This document shows positions 47,101-56,141 of a DNA stretch of 64,000 bases, one piece after another. The notes under the pieces were generated by a model, which was not told the origin of the DNA, ran no database searches, and saw only the letters and a list, made by a program, of their open reading frames with translations. Every line of letters begins with the position of its first letter. Within the stretch, counting starts at the first letter, position 1. The stretch comes from Myxococcota bacterium (GTDB lineage: Bacteria > Myxococcota_A > UBA9160 > UBA6930). The position numbers and the translations under genes are program-made. The stretch covers positions 3,360,001 through 3,424,000 of the forward strand of contig OZ245015.1 in NCBI GenBank assembly GCA_965223705.1, in the 5' to 3' direction.

Positions 47101-47434
47101 AGTCGATCGTGCGCGACGCATCGTCGAAACCGGCGCGGAGCGAGCCGGAGGCCGACTCAACGAATCTCGCAACGAGCTGTGCCTCGGTTTCGTCGCGCTG
47201 AACTCGGGCAAGGACCGGTACCCCGAGGCGAAACGGCACTTCCTGAGAAGCCGAGAGCTCGCCGAGACCATCGGTTCGCGATCGATCGCGGGTCGGGCCC
47301 TCCTCGGTCTCGCGATGCTCACCCGAGCCAAGGGGGACGACGGGTATCGATCCTACGCACAGTCCGCCCTGGCGATCTTTCGGGCGTTGGGCCTCCGCCG
47401 CTACGCGGTTCGGGCCGAATCGCTGCTTACGTAG
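44114..47434 (+). CDS. Class III adenylate/guanylate cyclase with double zinc ribbon, AAA/NTPase and TPR domains
   Basis: CxxC x4, [57 protein letters not shown] and a helical C-terminus. Confidence 0.92.
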   Translation: MVCPRCRTEFLAAKKFCHQCGSPAANRCHACGEPLEAHYRFCPECGTAAEAAERAKPSGDPLSRHVPEELAAKIRRAGAVSGERKRATVLFCDLVGSTAIAEHLDPESYRDLLDAYLEVSFEAVYRYEGIVNQMAGDGFMALFGAPIAHEDAPERSVRAALDILNAVQELSNQRERQGGSELRVRIGIHTGTVVVGTIGNDLKTDYTAIGDTTNLAARLQALANPGAVLVSEDTHALIRDHFVTDSIGAHEVKGKAEPVIAYEVLETIESTPMAIAEARGMTPLVGRDPELAQIAACFRRLEDRMAQLVTIVGEAGTGRSRLVHEAKRQLCREGAHILEGRCASLTRGVPFAPWAEIVRGLLGAPDGDSAASLLASKLRRLGSDRPEELSGLVASMPGVSTRAEPALAIGRDALFPAIAELVALVARDGPTLLLIEDLHWADRASVELLEMVVASCLNERVMFVVTHRPDFQLEAPASVAFTRLRMRLLADEEAREIVRSQAGGPLPPVLEERILRRGEGNPFYLEELTRALVQEGSLVRGEGGVRVTRPIDSIRIPDTVQELLGARLDRLEPEAKRVAQVASVFGRQFKRSHLETVLSNGGSDSAHPIEGPLEALERSGVLHREGLSSDEFRFGESLTQEVAYEGLLLRERESLHERVGRMLEEADGGGDLALVGYHFARSSRQDLGLANLLEAADRAAALPSYGDAIRLYRDALDLAEGMTDDGRDDETDRGALRAIQGILNSATIYGDVHFEENERALERGLVLAEKLSDAEAVASLLVAQGTMIINYNRARFSEGIAWIEKGIEAAKRAGLDRSVAQLSRSLSWAYLKDGRFEEARTCIAGALEELERLGERERVSDTYLGARFFQNRVLFESDAFEEALASALETYELGTKHHNRTIESSAAAQLASLYFRRGEHEEAERIAERGLETAKQIDNMWAMLSCAAVLQGIRHERDPSSVAFSELEAIERGTRSTGDASMSIDLIAEVLIRIGEVDRARRIVETGAERAGGRLNESRNELCLGFVALNSGKDRYPEAKRHFLRSRELAETIGSRSIAGRALLGLAMLTRAKGDDGYRSYAQSALAIFRALGLRRYAVRAESLLT

Positions 47435-48485
47435 GAGCTCCGAGTTCGGTTGTCAGGCCGCGCTCCGAAGGAAACTTGTCGCGCGTGCGGTTGGCGAGAG
47501 CGACGAGCGAGAGCATCACGGGAACCTCGACGAGCACGCCGACAATCGTCGCCAAGGCGGCACCGCTCCCCAGGCCAAACAGGCTGATCGCGACGGCCAC
47601 CGCGAGCTCGAAAAAATTCGAAGTTCCGATAAGAGCGGCGGGAGCCGCCACGGAAAAAGGCACACGCCAGAACCACGCCCAGGCGTAGGCGATGAAGAAG
47701 ACGCCATAGCTCTGAATCGTCAGGGGCACCGCGATGAGCAGGATCACGGCCGGCTGCTCGAGAATCCGCTCCCCTTGGAACCCGAACAACAAGACCACGG
47801 TGGCCAGCAACCCGACAACGGACCAAGGTTTGAGCTTTGCGCCGAGTCGCTCCAATCGCGAAGTGTCGCCGTCAGCCCCGATCCATTGCTCCCTCGTCAG
47901 CATTCCCGCGGCGAGCGGCACCACGACATAGAGGAGAACCGAGAAGAGCAAGGTCGACCACGGCACCAGCACTTCTGCGATGCCGAGGAGCATCGCCACA
48001 ATGGGTGCAAACGCGAAAACCATGATGACGTCGTTGATCGACACTTGAACCAGCGTGTAGGTCGCGTCGCCTTTGACCAGCTGACTCCAGACGAAGACCA
48101 TCGCGGTACAGGGCGCTGCACCGAGCAGGATCATCCCGGCGATGTATTCGCGCGCATCGCTCGGTTCGACCCATGCGCGAAAGAAGACCTCGAAAAAGAC
48201 GATGCCGAGGCCAGCCATCGTGAGGGGCTTGACGAGCCAGTTCACGACGAGCGTAATCACCAAACCCTTCGGACGGTCACCGACGTGACGGAGCGACGCG
48301 AAGTCGACCTTCATCATCATCGGGTAGATCATGATCCAGATCAGAACCGCGACGATCAGGTTGACCCCCGCGACTTCCAGCTTCGCGAGGACGCTGAACC
48401 TGTCGGGAAAGAGAGCGCCCAACGCCGTACCGCCCGCGATCGAAAGCGCGATCCACACGCTGAGGTATCGCTCGAAGACCCCCAT
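47427..48485 (-). CDS. acr3: ACR3 family arsenite efflux transporter
   Basis: [40 protein letters not shown] and [10 protein letters not shown]. Confidence 0.95.
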   Translation of the reverse strand: MGVFERYLSVWIALSIAGGTALGALFPDRFSVLAKLEVAGVNLIVAVLIWIMIYPMMMKVDFASLRHVGDRPKGLVITLVVNWLVKPLTMAGLGIVFFEVFFRAWVEPSDAREYIAGMILLGAAPCTAMVFVWSQLVKGDATYTLVQVSINDVIMVFAFAPIVAMLLGIAEVLVPWSTLLFSVLLYVVVPLAAGMLTREQWIGADGDTSRLERLGAKLKPWSVVGLLATVVLLFGFQGERILEQPAVILLIAVPLTIQSYGVFFIAYAWAWFWRVPFSVAAPAALIGTSNFFELAVAVAISLFGLGSGAALATIVGVLVEVPVMLSLVALANRTRDKFPSERGLTTELGAPT

Positions 48486-48817
48486 CAGCTGCGTAGGCCC
48501 TTCCCAGTGGGCTGGCCGCAGTCCGCGCCCCCTTCTCCCTCGCAACAGTTCTCAGTCAAGAAATCGACGAGTGAGCCCATGACCTCGAAGCTCGGGCTGT
48601 AGATCAGCGACCTTCCGTCGCGGCGGCACCGGACAACCCCCGAGTTCTTCAGCTCTTTGAGATGGAACGACAGCGTGGCTGCCTGGATACCCAGCGTGTC
48701 GGCGACCGCTCCGGCGGCCAGGCCCTTGCGGCCCGCGCGGACCAGGAGTCGGAAGACGTCGAGACGGGTTTCGTGAGCCAATGCGGCGAGGGCCGCGAGC
48801 GCGTCTTGCTTTTCCAT
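48485..48817 (-). CDS. arsR: ArsR/SmtB regulator with C-terminal CC motif
   Basis: [23 protein letters not shown] and FLTENCC...C. Confidence 0.92.
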   Translation of the reverse strand: MEKQDALAALAALAHETRLDVFRLLVRAGRKGLAAGAVADTLGIQAATLSFHLKELKNSGVVRCRRDGRSLIYSPSFEVMGSLVDFLTENCCEGEGGADCGQPTGKGLRS

Positions 48818-48885
48818 AATTTTAATATAGTCCAATTATCGTATCGATGAACGCGTTTCCGTATTTTTCCGTGTATCCTATTTAT

Positions 48886-48897
48886 GTGATTTTTCAC
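48886..48897. promoter_or_regulatory. Dyad GTGA-N4-TCAC in the AT-rich leader of iacA, candidate IacR operator
   Basis: GTGATTTTTCAC, about 30 nt upstream of iacA. Confidence 0.4.
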
Positions 48898-48925
48898 TGA
48901 TTAACGCGTACAAGGGAGGTAAGCC

Positions 48926-50092
48926 GTGGCGCTTGCGACGCCGATTCACCTCGCCTCTTCCTCCAGTCCATTCGATGAGCGGCGTTTCGAGACGCTGCTC
49001 CGAACGATCGAAGAGCGGCGCGACGACTTCCATCGCGCGCGACACGTCAGCCAGGACATCATCGAAGAGCTTCGGACGTTGGGCCTTTATCGCGCGTTCG
49101 TACCGGAACAGTTCGGCGGTTCCGGCATGGCCCCGACGGACTTCTTGCAGCTGATCGAACGCATCGCGTGTGCCGACGGTTCCGCGGGTTGGGTCGCGAG
49201 CTTCGCTTTCGCGTCGAAGTATCTCGCATCGCTGCCCGCCGAAACCCTCCGCGAGCTTTACGCGGAAGGGCCGGACGTCGTCTTTGCAGGTTGTGTCTTT
49301 CCTCCCCAGCCGGCGCGACGCGTCGAGGGCGGGTTCGTGGTGCGCGGGCGGTGGCCCTTCGCGAGCGGTTGCAACGGTGCGTCGATCCTCGGCGTCGGCA
49401 TTCTCTCAGACTCCGAGAATGACGGAGGCCTGCCCAGGATGGCGGTCATGCCCGCCGAGAAAGCCGAGATCGACGAAACGTGGAATGCGGTGGGCATGCG
49501 TGGAACAGGCAGCCACGATCTGATCGTCGAGGACGTGTTCGTTCCCGACGCCTGGACGTTCGTCCGTGGCTCGCCGCCGACTCTCGACACCGCCGCGTAC
49601 CGTTATCCGACGCTCGCGATGGCCTCGCAGGTCCTCGCCGTGTGCGGCTTGGGCGTTGCGCGAGCCGCTCTAGAGTACGTGATAGGCGATGCGGCAAGCG
49701 CGCCTTCGATCACCGGTGCCCCATCGATCGCAGATCGTCCACACGCGCACCTGAGAATCGGGGAAATGGAGGCATCGCTCCGTTCGGCCCGCGCGTGGTT
49801 CTACGAAGTCACCGATAGTGCCTGGGCCGCACTTCTGGACGGAGGTTCAGCGTCGCAGGAGCAGACGGTCGACCTACGGCTCGCTTCGACCCACGCGGCC
49901 CGAGTCGGCGCCCAGGTCGCGCGCGGTTGTTACGAGGTGTGCGGAACGATCGGAATCTACGAACACAGTCCGTTGTCGCGTTACGTCGCCGACGCGTCCG
50001 TCGTCGCGCAGCACGCGTTTATCGCCGAGGGGTCGTTTCTGTCCGCGGGGAAGATCCTCGCGGGCCACGCACCTGCGCCGGGATTTCCATAA
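48926..50092 (+). CDS. iacA: Indole-3-acetate monooxygenase (acyl-CoA dehydrogenase fold)
   Basis: GLYRAFVP..FGG, ADGSAGWVASF, VFAGCVFPPQ, GRWPFASG, GTGSHD and VAQHAF. First gene of an iac-like operon. Confidence 0.85.
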   Translation: MALATPIHLASSSSPFDERRFETLLRTIEERRDDFHRARHVSQDIIEELRTLGLYRAFVPEQFGGSGMAPTDFLQLIERIACADGSAGWVASFAFASKYLASLPAETLRELYAEGPDVVFAGCVFPPQPARRVEGGFVVRGRWPFASGCNGASILGVGILSDSENDGGLPRMAVMPAEKAEIDETWNAVGMRGTGSHDLIVEDVFVPDAWTFVRGSPPTLDTAAYRYPTLAMASQVLAVCGLGVARAALEYVIGDAASAPSITGAPSIADRPHAHLRIGEMEASLRSARAWFYEVTDSAWAALLDGGSASQEQTVDLRLASTHAARVGAQVARGCYEVCGTIGIYEHSPLSRYVADASVVAQHAFIAEGSFLSAGKILAGHAPAPGFP

Positions 50093-50109
50093 CCATCCGG
50101 GAGGCCAAC

Positions 50110-50469
50110 GTGGCCGAGACCATTCGCACTCTTTTTTGCATCACCGTCGGTCAGAACTTCTTCGACCTGCCGGCCGACGAGACGGGCGCGGTATGGCAGG
50201 CCGTGGGTGACATGATGGGCGGCCTCGCAGCACTCCCCGGAGTTGAGATCATCGGCACGCTCGACGATGACGAGACGATGGTCGGTCGCTCTGTCGCGGG
50301 ATTTCCCACGGCCTACGTTCTCGCCGACGTGCCCGACCGCGAGACCGTGAGCGCCGCGTGCAACCTGTTTCGCACGACTCCGGTCGGCGAAAGCGAGCAT
50401 CGGCTATGGAAGTACTTGTCCGTGGAGGCTCGAATGGGCCGGCCGCTCGTTCCTCCGCCTCCCCGATGA
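50110..50469 (+). CDS. iacB: IacB protein
   Basis: LFCITVGQNFFD, GTLDDDETMVG, LADVPD, AACNLFRTT and LWKY..VEARMGR. Confidence 0.85.
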   Translation: MAETIRTLFCITVGQNFFDLPADETGAVWQAVGDMMGGLAALPGVEIIGTLDDDETMVGRSVAGFPTAYVLADVPDRETVSAACNLFRTTPVGESEHRLWKYLSVEARMGRPLVPPPPR

Positions 50470-51008
50470 GCGGGGCCCGCGATGATCGGGAGCTGCGCGA
50501 GCGCGTCGCGGCGCTCGAAGGAGAGAGCCAGTGCCGACGCACGCTCTCTCGCTACATGGAGCTCTGCGACAGCCTGGACGCCACAACCGATATGGTTGAG
50601 CTCGGTGAGCTCTTTTGCGAAGACGCGGTCTGGGAAGGGCGCGGCGGGAAATACGGCGATGCGTTCGGGGGTCATCGGGGGCGCCGCACCATCGTCGCGT
50701 TCCTCAACAGCTATCGAGAGCCAGAGGCCCACTTTGAGAGCAACGCCCATTTCTTGACGAGCGAGCAGATCGAGGTTCGCGGCCCGCGCGCTCACGGTAG
50801 CTGGGTGATGCTGCAAACACCGACGTTCCGGGACGGGTCTTCTTTTCTTCTCGCCGCACGACTGCGCGTAGCTTTTCGCCGAGATTCCGACGCGTGGCGC
50901 ATCGAACGCTTCTCGACGACGAACTTGTTTTCGCGCCCGATCGAGGGCGGCTGGGAACTCGAGGCCGCGCTGCCGGTACCGATGCGTACGTCGAAAGGGA
51001 ACGAATGA
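50466..51008 (+). CDS. iacI: SnoaL-like IacI protein
   Basis: YMELCD, LFCEDAVWEG.G, NAHFLTSEQI, WVMLQ and NLFSRP. Lies between iacB and iacC. Confidence 0.75.
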   Translation: MSGARDDRELRERVAALEGESQCRRTLSRYMELCDSLDATTDMVELGELFCEDAVWEGRGGKYGDAFGGHRGRRTIVAFLNSYREPEAHFESNAHFLTSEQIEVRGPRAHGSWVMLQTPTFRDGSSFLLAARLRVAFRRDSDAWRIERFSTTNLFSRPIEGGWELEAALPVPMRTSKGNE

Positions 51009-52246
51009 CCGATACGAGAGACCTCTTCCGAGACGATCGCGCTCATACTTCTCTGTACACGGACCCCGAAATCTTCGAGTCGGAGATGGAACGGATCTTC
51101 TATCGCACGTGGGTATGGGTCGCGCACGAATCGGAGATCCCGAATCCCGGCGACTATCTGACGACCCACGTCGGGCTGCAGCCCGTGATCGTGAGTCGCG
51201 ACCGCAGCGGCGAACTCCACGTGCTCGTGAATCGTTGCCGGCACCGCTCCGCCGCCTTGTGCGAAGCTCGGCTGGGAAGTGCGAAGAACTTTCCCTGCCC
51301 GTACCACGGTTGGGTGTACAGCTTGGACGGCGCACTGCGAGGCGTGCCCTATCCCGAAAGCTACGGGCCCGACTTCAAAAAAGAGGACTATCCGCTCCTT
51401 TCACTTCGCGTGGAGACCTACGCGGGCCTCATTTTCGCGACGTTCACCCACGACGGAGAGTCGCTCCGGGACTTTCTCGGGGACGCAGCCGGCTGGCTCG
51501 ATCTCTTCATGAAGCAAGGCGCCGGGTTCCCGATCAAGGTTGCGGGCGAGCACCGCTTCCGCTTTCCAGGCAACTGGAAGATCCAGCTTGAGAACACCAC
51601 AGACGCCTATCACTTTCCCGTCGTCCATCGATCGTTTCTCGATTCTCTCGACGAGCAGACGGAAGATCTGTTTTCGTTTCTCCGCGGAGACGGCTACGTC
51701 CGGAGCCTCGGAAACGGTCACAGTGTGATGGTGATGATCCCGGAACTCGTCGACCTCGAAGCGAACCTCGATGCGCCGATTCCCGATCGCTTCGATTCTC
51801 TCGCCAACGCGCTCCGTCGCGAACACGGGGAAGACGACGTCCGAAGGATTGTGCGCGCGGTCGGAGGAACGGGGTTCAACCTGAACTTGTTCCCGAACTT
51901 GGCGTGCTCCCTCTCGTTCTTTCGGGTGCTGCGTCCGATCTCCGTGTGCGAAACCGAGATTCGACACGTGGCACTCGGGATGGACGGTGGGCCGGAAGCT
52001 GCGAACCAAACCAGGCTTCGGCTTCACGAACACTTCCAAGGACCGATGGGGTTCGGAACAACGGATGACGCCGAGGTGTGGGACCGCGTCCAACGAGGCG
52101 CCCAGGGCGGGCCCGATCTCTGGATCCTTCTGAACCGCGGGCGAGACGTCGCCGAGGCGGGTCGACGCGGTGCGCAAGGCGACGTCAGCGCGGAAACGGG
52201 TATGCGCGCGGCGTACCGGATGTGGCAGCGGATGATGGTTTCGTGA
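51005..52246 (+). CDS. iacC: Rieske ring-hydroxylating oxygenase alpha subunit
   Basis: NRCRHR...CPYHGW, GNWKIQLENTTDAYHF and HEHFQGPMGFGTTDD. Confidence 0.85.
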   Translation: MTDTRDLFRDDRAHTSLYTDPEIFESEMERIFYRTWVWVAHESEIPNPGDYLTTHVGLQPVIVSRDRSGELHVLVNRCRHRSAALCEARLGSAKNFPCPYHGWVYSLDGALRGVPYPESYGPDFKKEDYPLLSLRVETYAGLIFATFTHDGESLRDFLGDAAGWLDLFMKQGAGFPIKVAGEHRFRFPGNWKIQLENTTDAYHFPVVHRSFLDSLDEQTEDLFSFLRGDGYVRSLGNGHSVMVMIPELVDLEANLDAPIPDRFDSLANALRREHGEDDVRRIVRAVGGTGFNLNLFPNLACSLSFFRVLRPISVCETEIRHVALGMDGGPEAANQTRLRLHEHFQGPMGFGTTDDAEVWDRVQRGAQGGPDLWILLNRGRDVAEAGRRGAQGDVSAETGMRAAYRMWQRMMVS

Positions 52247-52722
52247 GCCGCGCGATTGCACTGGAGGAAGCCGCGGCTTTCGTGTGGCGCGAGGCAGATC
52301 TTCTGGACCGCCGGGCTTACGAAGAGTGGCTCGAGTTGTGGGCTCCCGAAGGCCTTTACATCGTTCCGACCGACACCGAAGCAAAAGATCACGCAAACTC
52401 CCTCAACTACATCTACGACGACGCAGACATGCGGCGCATGCGTGTTGCGCGATTGCAGTCCCCGCATTCTGCTGCGGCGAGCTCTGCTGCGACGACCGTA
52501 CGTACGGTCTCGCGCTTCGTTGCGACGAGCGGAGGGGGCGAAACCCTGTCGGTCCGCGCGTCACAGCTTCTCGCAGAGTACAGTGGCGGGCATCATGCGC
52601 TTCGGCCGGCGAACCTCGAGCTCGAATTTCGCCGCGACGGTGATCGACTCCTCTACACCCGGAAAATCGTCAAGTTGCTCGGCGGCGAAGACGGCCTGAC
52701 CGGGATCGCTTACCTCCTCTGA
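52243..52722 (+). CDS. iacD: Ring-hydroxylating oxygenase beta subunit
   Basis: WREADLLD, WLELW, LNYIYDD..MRRMRV and TVRTVSRF. Confidence 0.85.
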   Translation: MSRAIALEEAAAFVWREADLLDRRAYEEWLELWAPEGLYIVPTDTEAKDHANSLNYIYDDADMRRMRVARLQSPHSAAASSAATTVRTVSRFVATSGGGETLSVRASQLLAEYSGGHHALRPANLELEFRRDGDRLLYTRKIVKLLGGEDGLTGIAYLL

Positions 52723-53465
52723 TGAGTGCCTCCGTCTGCATCGTCACGGGCGCCGGACGCGGCCTCGGGCGGGTGATTGCCAGGCACCTGCATCGCCAAG
52801 GCCACCGGGTCATCGTCACGGATATCGATGCGGTCCGTGCGGAAGCGCTCGCCGCGGAACTCGACCGAAGCGGCGCGACGGCGCTCGGATTGCGCCTCGA
52901 CGTTCGCGAGAAACATGACTTCGAAGACGCGCTCGAACGTGCGAGCGAGGTCTTCGGGGAGGTCTCTGCGCTGATCAACAACGCTGCGGTGACCCACGCG
53001 ACGCCGCTTTTTGACATTTCCCCGGACGAGTTCGAGGAAGTTCTCCGCGTCAATCTGCGAGGCGTGTTTCTCGGGTGCCAGGTCTTCGGAGCTCAGTTCG
53101 CGAAAGCGGGCTTTGGTCGCATCGTCAACCTCGCCTCGCTCGCGGGACAAGCCGGAGGCACGGCGACCGGCGCCCACTACGCCGCTTCCAAAGGTGGGAT
53201 CCTCACGCTGACAAAGATCTTCGCGCGAGAACTCGCCTCTTCGGGCGTCACCGTGAACGCGATCGCGCCCGGTCCTCTCGACGTTCCTCTCGTGCACGAG
53301 CTGCTTTCCTCCGACACGGTCGAAGCGCTGAAGCGAGCCATTCCGGTGGGTCACCTCGGCGACCCCGAGTTCATCGCACAAGTCGTCGCGTTGCTCGTAT
53401 CGAGCGAAGCCCGTTCCGTCACCGGAGCGACCTGGGATGCGAACGGAGGCCTCTACTTGCGATGA
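52722..53465 (+). CDS. iacE: Short-chain dehydrogenase/reductase
   Basis: TGAGRGLG, INNAA, SLAGQAGGTATGAHYAASK and WDANGG. Confidence 0.85.
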   Translation: MSASVCIVTGAGRGLGRVIARHLHRQGHRVIVTDIDAVRAEALAAELDRSGATALGLRLDVREKHDFEDALERASEVFGEVSALINNAAVTHATPLFDISPDEFEEVLRVNLRGVFLGCQVFGAQFAKAGFGRIVNLASLAGQAGGTATGAHYAASKGGILTLTKIFARELASSGVTVNAIAPGPLDVPLVHELLSSDTVEALKRAIPVGHLGDPEFIAQVVALLVSSEARSVTGATWDANGGLYLR

Positions 53466-53956
53466 GGTTCCGCGAGCCGACCGATGCGGCCTTCGACCTC
53501 CGAAACTGGCCGTTTTACTGGATCACGCGGACGAGCGACCGCTATTTGAGCGTACTCGAAGGCAACTTGAAGGAGAGCGGACTCGATATACCGAGTTGGC
53601 GCGTCCTTGGACAACTTCACGGAACGCTTTCGAAGAGCGTCGGTGAACTGGCCGACGAGGCGATTATCAAGCGATCGACGATGGCACGCATGATTCACCG
53701 AATGGAAGATGAAGGCCTCGTCGAAACCCGCGTGCGTCCGTCGGACCAGCGCGTGACGGAGGTCCGACTGACCGCGTTCGGAAAAAGGCAGCGTATCGTC
53801 GCTCAGCGACAGGCCTTCCGCGCGTTCGCGCGGGCCTTTCGAGGCGTGAGCGAGGGCGAGATCCATCGACTGAACGACACCCTCCGCAAGGTGTTCGCAA
53901 ACTTCGAATCGGAAGACGTCAAAGACCGACCGCAAACCCGTTCGAAAGAGGAATGA
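53462..53956 (+). CDS. iacR: MarR regulator of the iac operon
   Basis: PFYWI, GLDIPSWRVL and DQRVTEVRLT. Overlaps the iacE stop. Confidence 0.7.
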   Translation: MRFREPTDAAFDLRNWPFYWITRTSDRYLSVLEGNLKESGLDIPSWRVLGQLHGTLSKSVGELADEAIIKRSTMARMIHRMEDEGLVETRVRPSDQRVTEVRLTAFGKRQRIVAQRQAFRAFARAFRGVSEGEIHRLNDTLRKVFANFESEDVKDRPQTRSKEE

Positions 53957-53957
53957 A

Positions 53958-54971
53958 ATGCTGCACACGCCGTTTTGCCAGACGCTCGGCATCGACCATC
54001 CGGTGATGTGTGCCCCACTGGGAGGAGGCAACGCCGGGCCCGAACTCGCGGCCGCCGTATCCAATGCGGGCGGACTCGGCTTCCTCGGTCTGGGTGGCCT
54101 ACCCGCCCCTGTGATTCGGGAGCTCATTCGGGATACCCGCGGCCGCACCTCGAAGCCGTTCGGCGCCGGGCTTCTTTTGCCGCTCCTTCAAGGGGGCGAG
54201 ATCGAAGCGTGCATTGAGGAAGGTGTCTCGGCGCTTCTCCTCTTTTGGGGCGACGCGGCGCCGTATGTCGACGACGCGAAGCGTTCGGGCATCCCGGTGT
54301 TTTCGCAAGTGGGCTCCGCAAAGGAAGCGCGTGAAGCCGTTTCCGCAGGCGTTGATGTCGTTGTGGCGCAGGGGTTTGAAGCCGGTGGACACGTACGCGG
54401 CACGACGTCTCTTTCGACGCTGGTCCCGGCCGTCGTCGAAGCCGTTGGCGACGTGCCGGTTGTGGCGGCCGGTGGCATCGCAGACGGGCGCGGGCTGGTC
54501 GCGGCTCTCGCTCTCGGGGCACAGGCGGTCTCTCTGGGAACCCGCTTCCTTGCGAGCGAGGAGTCACGGGCCTCCGCCGACTACAAGGAGCGGATTCTAG
54601 ATGCGCGTTCGGAAGACACCGTACACACCCTTCTTTTTGACATCGGCTGGCCCGATGCCGCGCATCGCGTGCTTCGCAACAAGGCTATCGAAGAGTGGGA
54701 AGCGGCGGGGCGACCGCCCGTGGGCCAGCGCCCTGGCGAAGGCTCGAGCATCGGCAAGATGCCGGTGGGAGGCGCGCTGACCGAGATCCCTCGCTACGCC
54801 GTATTCAATCCGATGGCGGGTTTCGAGGGCGACATCGAGTACGCGGCACTCTACGCCGGAGAGTCCACTAACCTGATCACGGAGCTCAAGCCCGCTGCGT
54901 CCATCGTCGAAGATCTCGTCGCCGAAGCGAAGACCGTGCTCCGGGAGCTGACACGGAGAGAACGCCGATGA
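53958..54971 (+). CDS. Nitronate monooxygenase / FabK-like flavoprotein
   Basis: AVSNAGGLG, QGFEAGGH, AAGGIADGRG and GTRF. Confidence 0.88.
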   Translation: MLHTPFCQTLGIDHPVMCAPLGGGNAGPELAAAVSNAGGLGFLGLGGLPAPVIRELIRDTRGRTSKPFGAGLLLPLLQGGEIEACIEEGVSALLLFWGDAAPYVDDAKRSGIPVFSQVGSAKEAREAVSAGVDVVVAQGFEAGGHVRGTTSLSTLVPAVVEAVGDVPVVAAGGIADGRGLVAALALGAQAVSLGTRFLASEESRASADYKERILDARSEDTVHTLLFDIGWPDAAHRVLRNKAIEEWEAAGRPPVGQRPGEGSSIGKMPVGGALTEIPRYAVFNPMAGFEGDIEYAALYAGESTNLITELKPAASIVEDLVAEAKTVLRELTRRERR

Positions 54972-56122
54972 ACGAAGTCCGAGAGCTCTTGCTCGGAAGA
55001 GTCGACGCCATGCGCGAGACGCTCGCCGCGCAAATCGACGACGAAGAACAGAGCGCCCGCCTGTCGAAGACCAGCTCCGATGCCCTTTACGACGCGGGTA
55101 TCCTGCGGATGAAACTTCCAGAGGAACTCGGAGGCTTCGAGGCCGACTTGCCGACGCAGCTCGAAGTGCTCGAGTCCATCGCACGCATCAACCCCGCCGC
55201 CGCCTGGTGTGCCATGGCGGGAGCTACGAGCATCGCCCTGCCGGGGGCGTTTCTTCCCTTCGCGGGAATCGAGCGGATGTTCGCAAACGGCGTCATTCCT
55301 CGAGCTGCAGTCGTGATCATGCCCACCGGACAGGCGGAAAGAACGAGAGAAGGTTATCGCCTTTCGGGGCGGTGGGCTTTTGCGAGCGGTATCCATCACG
55401 CCGAATGGATCTGCGCGCAAGCTCCGGTGCTGGGCAATGGAACAGAACCGGTGCTCCACATGTTCGTCATTCCCGCCTCCGAGGTCGAAATTCACGACAA
55501 CTGGCAGGTGCTGGGCCTGCGGGGCACCGGAAGCTGTGACATCTCTGTCGAGGATCTTTGGGTTCCGGAATCGTGCGCGTGGGCGGTCGAGACGCAACCG
55601 CCACGACGCGGGGGCCCGCTCTACCGCCTGGGAATTCCCGCTTTTGTAGCGTACGAACACGCGGGTTTCGCGACGGGTGTTGCGCGGCGCGCCCTCGATC
55701 TCCTGATCGAAACGGCCCGCTCGAAGAAACGGGGCTACGGACCGGCGCCGAAGTCTCTCTCGGACCGCGAGGTTCTTCAGCGTTTCATCGGTCGCAGCGA
55801 CCTTCAACTTCGCGCCGCGCGCGCCATCGCGCTCGAACGAAACCGAGAAGCGATGGCGGTGATCGAGCGCGGCGACGCGATCGGCCCGCAGCTCGCGCTA
55901 CAGCTTCGCGGTGTCGCGTGCTACTGCACGGAGGTCGCTGCCGAGATCACGACCGAGGCATTTCGGCTGTCGGGCGCGTCGTCGATCTTCGAGTCCAACG
56001 CGATGCAGCGCTGCATGCGCGACCTCCAGGTCGCCGCACAACACTTGATGGTCAGTGAGCGTAGCTACGAGCTGTTGGGCCAAACGGTTCTGGGGTTCCG
56101 CGACGTCGATCCGATGGGATAG
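54968..56122 (+). CDS. Flavin-dependent monooxygenase, acyl-CoA dehydrogenase fold
   Basis: PEELGG, SGRWAFASG, WQVLGLRGTGS and QRCMRDLQVAAQH. Confidence 0.85.
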   Translation: MNEVRELLLGRVDAMRETLAAQIDDEEQSARLSKTSSDALYDAGILRMKLPEELGGFEADLPTQLEVLESIARINPAAAWCAMAGATSIALPGAFLPFAGIERMFANGVIPRAAVVIMPTGQAERTREGYRLSGRWAFASGIHHAEWICAQAPVLGNGTEPVLHMFVIPASEVEIHDNWQVLGLRGTGSCDISVEDLWVPESCAWAVETQPPRRGGPLYRLGIPAFVAYEHAGFATGVARRALDLLIETARSKKRGYGPAPKSLSDREVLQRFIGRSDLQLRAARAIALERNREAMAVIERGDAIGPQLALQLRGVACYCTEVAAEITTEAFRLSGASSIFESNAMQRCMRDLQVAAQHLMVSERSYELLGQTVLGFRDVDPMG

Positions 56123-56141
56123 CGCTCCCGGGCCCGTCGTC

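Noticed and set aside
44114..47434. Cyclase-NTPase-TPR protein as an anti-phage STAND/Avs system
   Set aside because: This is a common signalling architecture, with no effector nuclease or defence-gene neighbours.
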